Shown here: one piece after another, positions 9,272-20,468 of the stretch
Layout of the letters: each line of letters begins with the position of its first letter
How positions within the stretch are numbered: position 1 is the stretch's first letter
NCBI GenBank assembly: GCA_943704415.1
Contig: CALSCO010000776.1
Span: 1-41,278, forward strand
From: Parvularia atlantis
Taxonomy: Eukaryota
Length of the DNA: 41,278 nt
Direction: 5' to 3'
Notes under the pieces: model-generated
Seen by the model: only the letters and a program-made list of their open reading frames with translations
Told to the model about the DNA's origin: nothing
Databases searched by the model: none
Translations under genes and position numbers: made by a program

Positions 9272-12200
9272 ATGCCGCTCTTCGGTGGACGCAGCAGCAG
9301 CAAGGACGCGGCGGCGCCGGGCGCGGGCGCGGGGATGGCCGCGGGGGCGGCGGCGGCGGCGGCGGGCGGCGCGGCGTCGTCTGGCACGTTGAAACGCGTG
9401 ACGCTCCGTCGCAAGTCGACCGGTGCGCGCGGCCCGCTGTCGACGGCGCGGCGCGACGCTCACGGCGGCACAGACGGCCGCGCGGGCAGCGTCGACGTGC
9501 CCGCGCCGCTCACGCCGAACGAGACGAGCCAGATCCGCAGCAAGCTCGACAGCCTGGCGGCGTCGGGCGAGCGCATGAACCCGTTGCTCGGCCTCGACGT
9601 GGACGAGATCGACACGCCGCAGTCGCCCCGCGCCGCGCCGCCGTACGTCCCGGCCGTCGCGAGCGGCACGGCGTGTGCGTCGCGCCGCCGCCGCTGCTGC
9701 TGCTGCTGCTGCCGCTGCCGTTGCCGCTAACGGGCGCGACGCAGCCGTCTTCGCGCGCAAGCTGACCATCCACCACGACAACACACCGCGCGGGCCCCTC
9801 GCCGACGTCTTCGCGGCCGAGGCGGGTGCCGCGCCCGGGGCCGGGGCCGGTGCGTCGCGCGGGCCGCGCAGCGTTGGACAGGAAGCGTGACGGATACACG
9901 ATGCGCGGCAGAGAGCGGCGCCGATTCGAGCGGCGCGCGGCGCAAGAGCTCGACCGAGCTGATCGCGTTGCCGCCCGCCGCTGCGACGTGGTACCCGCCC
10001 GAGCAGTGGAAGAACAGGCGCGTGCGCCGATCCGCGCCGTGGGCCGCGCCGTTGACCCGCGGCAACGTGCGCGCAGGGTGCTCGACGTCAAGCAGGACAC
10101 GTTCCTCCCGCTCGAGTTCCACATCCCGCGCGACAGCCTCACTGACCGCGCCGAGATCGCGCGGCAGGAGCTGGAGATTGTGCGCGCCCGGCCCGCCGCG
10201 CGTGCGCGCATGGGGCTCACGCGCCGCAGATCACGCAAAACCTCAGCCGGCTCGAGCAGCGCGTGCGCGCGCTCGTGTTTGAGATGGAGGAGCGGCCGGG
10301 GCAGGCCGAGACGATCGAGAAGGCGCGCGCAGGCAGCGACAGCGCGCGCCCGGTGCGTGCTGACCCGGCCGCGTGCAGGAGATCCGCAAGCGCCGCGAGG
10401 AGATCCAGGTGTGGGAGCTGAAGCAGTGGAAGGCGACGACGATTCTCGACCGCGGTGCGCGCGCCCTTCGCTGCGCCGGTGGACGCGCCCCGACGCGTGC
10501 GGGCCGCGCGCGCAGAACTGCACGCGGCCAGCAAGGAGGTCGAGGAGAAGGACGCGGACGGCAACGTCGTCAAGACGTACGTGATGAAGGACGGCCAGCA
10601 GATCATCGTCGCGGCCGCGAAGGACACGCTCGTGTCGCTGCTGCTCGAGGAGAGCAACGCCGGTGTGCGAGAGGGCGTGTGTGTCGCCTGCTGCACTGCG
10701 CTGACCGTCGGGGCGCGACGCAGACCTGACGTTTGTTGACACGTTCCTGCTGGCCTACGTCCTGCTTATGCCGCCGAGCGACCTGCTCGAGTCGCTTCAC
10801 GCCCGCTTCCTCAAGACGGACGTGAAGGGCGCGAGCGCAGTGCTGCGGTGCGCTCGCCCATCACGCACTGCGCGTGTACACGTGCTGAGGCGCCCGGCAG
10901 CCTGTTTGCCGTGCTGAAAAAGTGGGTCGAGATCGGCTGGGTGAACGACTTCGAGCACGAGGGCCTGGCGTCGCGCTTTCGCGAGATCACCACGTGCGGT
11001 GCCGCGCGCGGCACACGGCCGCGCGCCCGGCTGACGACACCGCACACAGCGCGCTCGCACAGACGCTCAAAGAGAGCGGCAAGGCCGACAAGGCCGTCGA
11101 CCTCGCATTCCTGTCGACGTTCATCGCCTCGCGCTCTAAGAACAACGTCGACGTGAGCAAGCGCCTTAGCATCATGCCCGAGATCCCGAGCGACGTCGAG
11201 GACAACGGCAACCTTGAGGCCGCGTTCAGCAAGGCGACGGCCGACTTCAACGTGCGCACGCGGCTGCCGCGCGCCGTGCGCGACCAAGGCGAGTGACACA
11301 GGTCTTTGCGAGCATCCTCGCGCGCAAGGAGCTCGACTACTACCAGGCCGTGCCGGCCAAGGTGCGTTCGCTTCGCCCGCTGCCCTGCGTGCCGGCTCAC
11401 GCGGCGCCCGCGCGGCAGGAACTGGTCGACCGCCTCGTGACGCCCAACTCGAACGAGAACCCGAGCCCAAAGCTGGTCAACGTGAACCACTTCATCAGCT
11501 GGATCAACCAGGTGCGCGCGTGCGTGCACATGCCGCGCCGGGTGTGCTGAGGCTCGTGCGGCACAGCTCGGCTACTGGGTCACGAACGTGATCATGTCGC
11601 AGTCAGACATCAAAAAGCGCGTCAAGATCGTGACCAAGCTGATCGAAGTCGCACAGGTGCGCCCGCTGCGTCGGTGCGCGCTGCCGGCTGTGGGCTCAGA
11701 CGCGGCGCCTGCCTGCGCGCGCAGGAGTGCGTCGAGCTCGCGTGCTGCAACACGATCTTTGCGATCGTCACCGGCCTGAGCAGCTCAAGCGTGTCGCGCT
11801 TGCAGCAGACGTGGGCGGTGCGCGCGGCGTGCACGGGGTCCGGGCATCGATGCTCACGGGTCGCACGCGCAGGCCCTCCCGCGCAAGACGCTCACGACGT
11901 GGCGCCAGCTCGAGCTGCTGTGCAACCCGCAGGGCAACTACAAGCAGTACCGTCAGATGGAGCAGAAGGCCGAGCCGCCGTTCATCCCGTTCATCGGTGC
12001 GCGCTGTGCGGTGCTGTGCGGTGCGGTGTGACCTGCTTTGCTTACGCAGCCGTGCGCCCCCTAGCGATGCACCTCAGGGACATGCTGTTCACGCACGACG
12101 GCAACCCGAGCAAGCTGCCAAACGGGCTGTACAAGTGCGTCGTCGCGGTCTGCGTGCGCACGGCTGACGGAGGGGGGCAACGGCCAGCTTTGCCAAGCTG

Positions 12201-12446
12201 CGCATGATCGTCGAGCGCACCGAGAAGGTGCTCGCATTCCAGAAGAAGACGTTCTACGCCAGCCTCAAGGGCAAGCAGTACGACTCGTGCGTCTCGCTGG
12301 AGGCTTGCTCGCGCTCAGGCCGGCGCTCATGTGCGCACGCGCAGCATCACCGCCTACGTCGACGCGATCGAGCTCATCAAGCCCCTGCCCGAGCGCCACC
12401 TGTACAAGCTGTCGTGCCAGCTCGAGCCGCCCGCGTTCCGCTCTGA
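9272..12446 (+). CDS. Ras guanine nucleotide exchange factor (REM plus CDC25 domains), multi-exon
   Basis: REM: IVAAAKDTLVSLLL...FVDTFLLAYVLLMPPSDLLESL...RLFAVLKKWV. CDC25: FISWINQ|LGYWVTNVIM...RVKIVTKLIEVAQ|ECVEL...FAIVTGLSSSSVSRLQQTW...NPQGNYKQYR...PPFIPFI|AMHLRDMLFTHDGNP...NFAKLR. TGA at 12444-12446. Confidence 0.88.
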
Positions 12447-12551
12447 CTCGTCGTCGAGCGACCTCAACGGGACATAAGCCATTTGTGTCTATTGCGCTGC
12501 GCCTGCGTCCAAACTTGAACAACAAAGAGATAGGATCAAAAAGGCTACGAG

Positions 12552-14369
12552 TCAGTTTAGCAGGTGCGACAGGCTCGAGGCCGGGTGCCGCTCGGCCGCG
12601 CCTGGCGGTGACTCGCGCCGCATGACCGTCACGAAGGTCGCCGCGCCGCCCGGGGCGCCAATCGAGTTGCGTCGCTGCAGGGCGGCTGGGTGCGCGTTCG
12701 AGGCCGGCCACGACGTCGCGGCACCGTGCGTCGTCCGCGGCGCGTTCTGCGCGACGGTGGTGTAGGGCGAGGAGACGAAGCGCAGGTGCGTGCTGTTGCC
12801 GGTCGTGCCGGGCGGGTGCGAGTGCGAGAGGAGCCGGCCGGGGCTGCTCGATATCGGCCGCTGATACGGCGACAGCACGGGCGCGTTCGATACGGTCGTG
12901 AGGCTCACGAGCGGGTGCTGCGTGAGCGGGTGGCGTGGCGGGTCGGGTAGCACGGTCCACGAGGCGATGTCAGCGGCGGTGGCGGCCATGCGCGGCGGGC
13001 GCGGCGCGGTGCCGTGCTCGCCGCCCGAGCCGAGCGCGAGCTGGTGCGCATTTGGCCGCCCAACATTGAAGCCGAACCGCTGGGCGGTCGCGTGCGGCTG
13101 CACGAGCGGCAGCGGCGTGATCCAGCGCGACGGCGACGCGACCAGGTCGATCGCGCGACGCGTCGGGCTGGCGGTGCTGGCCGTCGCTGACAGCCGCGCG
13201 CTGGCCGACCACGAGCGCTCGCGCCGCCGGTTTTCCGCCCCTGGGTTTGCAACGATCAGCGTTGGGCGAGCATAAAAACGATCAATGCACACGCACGGGT
13301 CTGGCGCACGTTGCCAAGCGAGGCCGCCTCGGCCGCGACCGCGGCCCGGGTGGCGTTGCGGTCGTCCGCCGAGCTGTCCGAGGCCGCGTCTGAGGGCGAG
13401 TCGGGGCGGGGCTCGGCCGAGGACGGACGCGCCTGTCGCGGCACGATCGGCGGCGACGTCGATCTGCGCACGGCACCAGCATCGGCCGTGCCCGCGCCGC
13501 CGTCGGTCTCGGTCTCGGTGGACGACGACGTCTTGCTGTTGCGCTTGAGCAGCTTGGCGTAGACGAGGCCGCACGCGTTGCAGAGCGTGCGCGGCCCAAT
13601 CGGTCCGCGGCGCCACTCGGGCGTGTCGGTCGTGCCGCAGGACAGGCACTGCATCTGCACCTCCTTGAGCGTGCGTTTCTGCCGGTGCACAGCACGACGT
13701 CAGCTTGTCGCGGCTGGGCGCGGCGCTGCAGACAGCGACGCACGAGCATGCGCGACATGGTCACGCGCATGTCCTTGCCCGTCGCCAGCGTCTCTTCCGG
13801 CCGGACCTCCTGCAGGACGCAGAACGAGTGGACGATTTTCTGTCCGCGGCGGCGTGCCCGTGAGCGACCTGCGCTGAGCGTGTTGCGGGCGCGCATCGGC
13901 CACCTTGGCCAGCTGCGTGATGGCGCCGCACGCCTCGCGCGTCAGGTTGCCGCTGCACGACTCGGAGATGGCCTGCACGTCGGTGCAGAGCGCGTAGATC
14001 TGTGGCCATGGTCGTTCAGTGTCTGCTGCGTGTCGTGTCGGACGCCGCGAAGACTCGGACGCGCACCATGCGCATGTGCCGCGCCGCGATCGCGTCGTGG
14101 ACGATGAAGTGCGTCACGCCGGCCGTGTCGTCGCCAGCAGCAGCAGCAGCGTTGTCGAAGTTTGCCGCCTGCTGCCTCGCCTTGGCCGTGTCGCCATCCG
14201 AGTCGGCAGCTGCAGCTGCCGCCCCACCGCCGGCAACGACGACGACCGGATCGCTCACGCGGCGGCGCTTGGCGGGCGGCGGCTGCGGCGCGGCGGCCGA
14301 TGCGGCGTCGACGAGCAGGCCAAAGGCATCGAGCGGCGGCATCGGGGCGGGCGGTGCGCGCGGGGGCAT
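12552..14369 (-). CDS. GATA zinc-finger transcription factor (NsdD/Gat2-like), 5 exons
   Basis: [33 protein letters not shown] finger (~13550-13650), preceded by a helical segment ([15 protein letters not shown]...[16 protein letters not shown]) and an NLS-like PAKRRR. A 56-nt phase-1 intron (13296-13241) joins a low-complexity last exon ending SSLSHLLN*. Start could also be 14420. Confidence 0.8.
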
Positions 14370-14718
14370 GCGGCTGCCTGCAACGGCGCAGGCGCGGGTC
14401 AGTGGCAGTGGCAGTGGCATCACGCGACCAAGGAGGCACGTGGGGCCTGGGCCTTTTTCCCGTCGCCGTCTGCACGGGCACGGAGCGAGCAGAAAGAGCC
14501 ACATGCATAAATGAAGAGAAGCACGACAGCGACGACAGAAAGAGAAAGAGAGAGAAAGAAAGAGAGAGAGAGAGAGAAAGAGAGGTGAACGAGAGTTGCC
14601 GGCACAGGCCCCATCGACCGGGCGCGCGCGGACGGCCCAGGCCGCCCCTCGCGGCTGCCGACGCCGATTGCGCGTGCGGCACACGGCGGCGACAGCAGCG
14701 GCTGCGCGGCGGGTGAGC

Positions 14719-14739
14719 GGGGGGGGGGGGGGGGGGGGG
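14719..14739. repeat. Poly-G tract (21 G) upstream of the second GATA gene
   Basis: Homopolymer run, visible directly. Confidence 0.9.
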
Positions 14740-15200
14740 ACGCCGGCGCGGGCCCGTGTTCACGTGTGAAGCCTGCAGATACGCTCCAGCCCGTCTCCCG
14801 GACCGCGGCGCACGGCGCACGGCGCACGGCGCGAGCGGTGCAGGCGACGCAGGCGACGCAGGCGACACAGGCGACATGAAGACGCGGCGCGCGACCCCGA
14901 CGGAGGCCGGCGCGAGAGCGCCCCCACGGAAACGCCAAAGGGCGCAAACAAAAGAACCACACAAGAGAAAAATTCTTGGCGGCGTTGTCAAGCAGCTTTT
15001 CACTTATTTTCGCGTTCAAGTTGCTTTGTCTTTATGTTTGTGACGCCGGATCTGGGAGCCGCGCCGACGTCCGCGCGGAGAGGCGCAGCGCGGGCCGGGC
15101 GAGGTGCCGCACCGCGCCAACGGGCCGGGCGCCCGGCAACGCGGCCAATGCAAACACCCGAGCAAGATCTGGACCAGATTCGCAGCCCGCCGGCCCGGCT

Positions 15201-18200
15201 TCACGTCCCGCCCATTTGTTGCACACGGAAGTAGGTCCCGCTCTCGGCCTCGGCCTCGGCCGCCGCGCGGTAGAAGGCCGACAGCGCCGCGACCGCGCGC
15301 TCCTCCATCTGGCGGATCGCCGCGTCGTCAAAGACTAACTCACCCGCACCCGCACCTGCACACGCACCTGGATCCGGTTGAGCGGCTTGCTGCGCACCGC
15401 CGCCTGCCGCTGCCGCGCGAGCACCTCGGCCTGCTGGATCGCGACGATCGACGCGAACGGCGCGACGGGCGCGGCCGGGGCGGGCGCCGGCTTGAGCGGC
15501 CGCGGCGGTGACGGCGACAGTGACGGGCGCTGCGTCGCGGGCAGTGCGGGCCGCAGCGGCGACATCAGCTGCTGCTGTCGGTGCCGCTGCTCGGCCTGCT
15601 GCTCGCACAAGATGTCTCGCAGGCTGGTGCTGGGCGGGCTGGCCGCCGCTGCCATCACTGGTCGCACGCCCCATGCCGGTGCGGGAGCTGGTGCTGGTGC
15701 GGGCGCGGGTGCGGCCTGCTGCTGCTTGCGGCTCTTCTGCGACTTGCGCCCGACCGTCACGCGCACGCCCCAGTCGGCCGGGTCGACGACGGCGGGCGCG
15801 CTGCTCGGCGAAGGCGACGGCTTGGTCGGGCTGCCGTTGATGGCAGCCGCAGCTGGCCTCGCAGGCGACGTCGTCAGTGTCGCTCGGGTGGCTGACTGGG
15901 CGCGCGTCGGCGGCGACATCGGCACGGCGGCAGGCGTCGGTGCAAGTGTAGTTGCAGGTGCAGGTGCAAGTGCAGGTGCAGGGGCGGCCGCGGGCGAGGC
16001 GGTCACGTCGACCGGGGCGCGCTTCTGACGGCTCCGTCGCGACTGCGCCTGCATCCGCGCACACGCGTCAGTCACGTCCTCCCGCAACAGCGTCAGCATG
16101 CACCAGGGTGAAGCCGGTCACGTCGTCGGGCGCGAGCGGCGAGGGTATCGCGGCAGGCGGCAGCTGGAACGTGTCGTCGTCAAACATGAACCACGCCCCC
16201 GGGGCGCCAGCGAGCGGCGACGACGTCACGGCGACCGCGCGCAGCTGCGGCGAGGCGGCACCGGCCTCGTCGCCCGAGGCAGACGACACCGACGACCGCC
16301 GCGACCCCGAGGCCGACGACGTTGACGACCGCCGCGACAGCGCCTGCTGCGGCGGCGCGCGCTCCAAGTTTGTGTCCCGCTCGGTGTCGCTCTCGGCGCC
16401 GCTGTCGCTTGTCTCGTCGCCCGCAGCCGCGCCCTCGCCCTCACTGGCCGATGACAGCTCCGCCTCGCTGCCGCCGCGCCCGCACGGCGCAAACACGTTG
16501 TAGTTGGCGCGATAAAACTCGTCAAACGCCCCCAGCCACGACGCGTCCGGGCGGAGCAGCCTTGCGCCGCGCATCAGCGTTAGCCGCCAGCGCGAGCGTG
16601 CGCGTGTGTACACGCACCGCGCCTCGAGGAGCACGTCCAAGTTGAGCGCCGCAAAGCGGAAGCACGTGTCGCGCAGCTGATGCGCTTGGAACGCCTCAGC
16701 AAGCTCGAGCAGGTCGTCCACGTTCTTTGTGTCCACTGACGCTCGTCTGGTCAGGAGGCGGTCGGGCACCAGCACGCGAGCACGCACCACGCCGTGCGAG
16801 CTCGGCCTCGGCTGCGGCCTTGAGGCGGTCGAGTAGGAGCTCGTCGGCAGCGATGAGCAGCTGCGACAGCATGTCCATGCGCGCGTTGTACGGCAGCGCG
16901 GCTGCGCGAACGGGCGGGTGTCAGACCTGCCCACAGAGCCGCTGCCGCCCAGCGCACCGAGCTGCTCGCCCAGGTCAACCTCGTCGCCGTACAGGAAGCG
17001 GTGCACAATCGCAAAAACGTCCTCAGGGACGTGGTCGAGACGCACGACGGCTGCACGCGCATCTGCGCGTGAGCAGGCAGTGCCGTCGAGCGGACGCGCG
17101 CACCCTGGCACGCGTCGCAAGTCTCGCGCCAGCGCATGCGCTCGCCCAGCATCGCGTGGAAGAAGGGCGAGCGCGCGACGAGCAGGAAGCGGTGCATCGG
17201 CACCAGCACGTCGCCCTGTAGGTGCACGAGCGTGTCGGCGCCCTCAGTGCTGCCGACCAGCCGCGCGAGATGCATTTCGACCGCGTCGGCGCGAACCACT
17301 GCGCGATGCGCACGGTCACGGCCAGCCCGCGCGCGGTGAACTCGCACGTACCATCGTCCAGGCGCAGGCCCAAGGCACGCGCCAGGTCGGCCACGTCGCC
17401 AGCCAGCGCCCGCCCGATTTCGGCCAGCGCGAGCCGCGCCGTGTACAGCCCGCGCACGAGCGCCCGCGCCGCCCCCGCGTGCACGTACGGCAGCCGGCCG
17501 TGGTAGAGCAGCGTCACCACGGTCGGCGACGTGCGCTCGACCGTCCAGCCGTCGCGCTGGAGCGCCTGCAGCAGCGCTGCGCCCTGGCCTTTGCGCGGCG
17601 TGCCGTTGCCGTCAGTGTCGTCCGGGCAGGCGAGCCGCAGTGCGTCGCAGAGCGCGGCCGAGCGCGCGCCGAGCATCGCCCGGTGCAAGAGCACGCGCTG
17701 CAGCGCCTCGGTGTGCGGCTGCAGTTGCTGCTGCTGGACGGGCTTGGTGGCCGGCACGAGCAGTTCGAGGTCGTGCGTCTGCGCCGTGTCCGCGCCGCGC
17801 TCGAGGGTCTGCCAGATCGCGAGCAGGTCGTCGCGCAGCGGCCGGGGCGAGCGGTCGACGGCGTGCACGGGCAGCGGCGCGTGCTGGCAGATGGCGCCAA
17901 AGGTGCCCTTGCCCGCGACAACGCGCACGGCGCGCGCCACCGCGCCGACGCGCTTGAGCGACGCGACACCCGCCTCGGCCGACGGCACGCTGAGCAGCGA
18001 CACGGGCGCGACGTAGACGTGGCCGGCGTCCGTCGCGAGCGCAAACTGCTGCACGCCGAGCGACAGGTGCCGCACGCGCAGCTGCCGCTCGCGCTGCGGG
18101 TAGACAAGCCGGGCGACGAGCGGCTGCTCGGCGGGCGTCGCGGCGGCCGACCAGACGTAGACCTGGCCAACGTCGGTGACGGCCGCGAGCACGCCGAGCG

Positions 18201-19837
18201 GGCCGGCGTGCACCGAGAGCACGTTGAACGCGGGCGGTCTGGCCCAACAGGCGGAGTCAGACGACATGTGCCGGACCGCGCCGGCTGGGGGCGCACCGCA
18301 CAGAGCCAGGCACGCGTCCTGCGTTCAGCACGACGCGCCGGCACACAAACTGCGAGAGGACGAGCACCGCGGTTTGGCTGTGCGCGCGATATCAGCGGCC
18401 GCAGCACGCCCGACCGAGGCCTACGCACTTGCGCAGGAGCAGCACCGTCGCGTCCTCGTTTGCAGCCACCTGCAGAATGTGCACCTTGTCGTCGACAGTC
18501 GGGGCGCGCCTGCTCGCGCGCGCGCGGTCAGCCGAGCCGCGTACGGTGCGCCGCCGTGACACACTTGGGCGTCCACAAGATGCGCTCGGCGCCGCGCGGC
18601 TGGCCCAGCTGGCCATTGTTCTCGCCGCAGGTGTAGATCGCGTTGCGCGTGAAGACGACCGTGTGACGGTTGCCGGCCGCGCACCCGACAACCTGCTTGC
18701 CGCGGAGCGTGGCAAACTTGCAAAAGTAGCCGCGCACGGGCGTGTCCTGCGACGCGTTGACCGGCCACAGCGTGGGCGAGGCCTGGGGCGGCGCGCTGCG
18801 GTGCGCGGGGTCGTCTGAGCCGAGCTGCCCGACCTGGAGCGAGCGCACGTGAGTGCGCGTGCTGCCAAGAGCGCCAAGGCGCGCACCTCGTTCGAGCCGA
18901 ATGCGTAGACAGCACCGCTCGCACTCACGGCGACGGTGTGGTTGACGGCGGCGGCAACGGCGACGATGCGCTCGTGCGCGAGCTGCTGTACCTGCGCCGG
19001 CACGAGATGCGTCTCGCTGCGGTCATGGCCGAGGCGCCCGCCGCGCCCGTGGCCGCAGGTGAAGACGCGCCCGTCGGCCGTGAGCATGACCGTGTGGAAC
19101 TTGCAGAAGACGACGTCGGCGACGAGGCAGTCGAGCTCGCGCGCGAGCAGCTCGACGCGCTCGGGGTAGCGTCGGTTGTCCTCGTTCGGGTGCCCGAGCA
19201 CAAAGTTGGCGTTGACGCCCCACGTGAACAGGTCGCCGACGGGCTGGCCGAGGCTGTTGAAGGCCTCGTGCGCCTCGCGCTGATCGGGCGCGGCCTTGCG
19301 CATCGGTGCTGCTGCAGCCGCATTGTCCGCATCGTCGTCGTCATCGTCGTCGTCGTCGTCGTCGCGCCCGTCGTCGCACGCCGCGGCCGTCGGCGCCACG
19401 GCCCAGCGCGGCCACATCGCCGGCACCTGGTCGTACAGCAGGTCGGTCGCGGTCAGCGCCGTCGCGTCTGTCACCGATGTTTTGGCGCCGGCGCGCACGG
19501 CGTGGGCGGCTGGTGGACCGGCGGGGCTTGAGACGGCGGACGCGGCACGGCGAGCGACCGCGCACCGAAGCGCACGTGCCCGTGCTGCAGCGCCGTGTGC
19601 AGCGGCGTGATGCCGACGGCGTCGTCGCGCCGGTTGAGCGCCTCGGCCGCGTCGGCGAGGCCCGCGAGCACGTGCGTGTCGCCTGCGCGCCGTTGCTTGT
19701 TGGTTGCGCGGTGCAGCGGGGCGCGGCGCACGGCACGGCACACCCATCGCGGCGGCGCGGTGCAGCTCGGCGTCGACTGAGTGCTGCAGCTGCAGCTGCT
19801 GCTGCTGCGGGGGCGGCGGCCGGCGGCGCGCGCCCAT
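15201..19837 (-). CDS. IBTK: Ankyrin-RCC1-BTB protein (IBTK / S. pombe Btb1-like Cul3 adaptor)
   Basis: Ankyrin (GITPLHTALQHGH). RCC1 repeats (LFTWGVNANFVLGH; FHTVMLTADGRVFTCGHGRGGRLGH; IYTCGENNGQLG). Two BTB-like segments (LHRAMLGARS; MHRFLLVARSPFFHAML). BACK-like NVDDLLELAEAFQAHQLRDTC. C-terminal KPLNRIQ...EERAVAALSAFY, similar to IBTK. Confidence 0.85.
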
Positions 19838-20468
19838 CTCGAGCTGAACGGCAAGAGAGAGAGAGAGAGAAAGTGTCACTCTCTCGCGGGCATTACGCGC
19901 GCGCGAGTCGTGCCACGCGCCATCCACCGTGGCTGCGGGAGCGGCGTTCCTTTTCGCGTCGCCGCTGCCGCGGCCGCCACGGGGCGCCCGCGCGGCGCAA
20001 CAGGGGGCACCGCGCGAGTGGCGTGGAGCGTGGCTGCGGGAACGGGGCCGCTGCGTGTGCGGTGCGCGCTGCGGAATGAGAGGGAAGCGCCGTGTCACAA
20101 GGCCATGTGGCAACTGACCTCTGCGTCCGTTCGCGCTCGTTGCGCCGCCGTGCCGCTGCGTCCCCCCCTTCCGTCCTCTCTCGCTGCCGCCGTGTGCTGC
20201 TCCCGCCGTCGCGCGCCGCTGCCACGCGCCCGTCGCTGCGGCAGTCGCGATCGCGCCCCGTTTGGGCGCACAGGGAGCGCGCAAATGACGTGCTCGCCAG
20301 GCACGCGAGCGCCCCCCCTCACCTCCCTTCCCGCCCTGCGCCTCCGTCCCTTCCCGCCCTGCGCTGGCGCTGCCGCGGCGCCGATCACCCGCGGCCGCCG
20401 CATAAGAAGGCGGCGCTGACGCTGCGTCGCCCGCCATCTCAGTCCTCCACCCAGCCGTGCGCCTCACG

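Noticed and set aside
16918..18636. 572-aa + strand ORF, and the 5' extension of the 725-aa - strand ORF (18392-20569)
   Set aside because: Shadow or read-through frames over the IBTK-like gene. Stop codons are scarce at this GC content.
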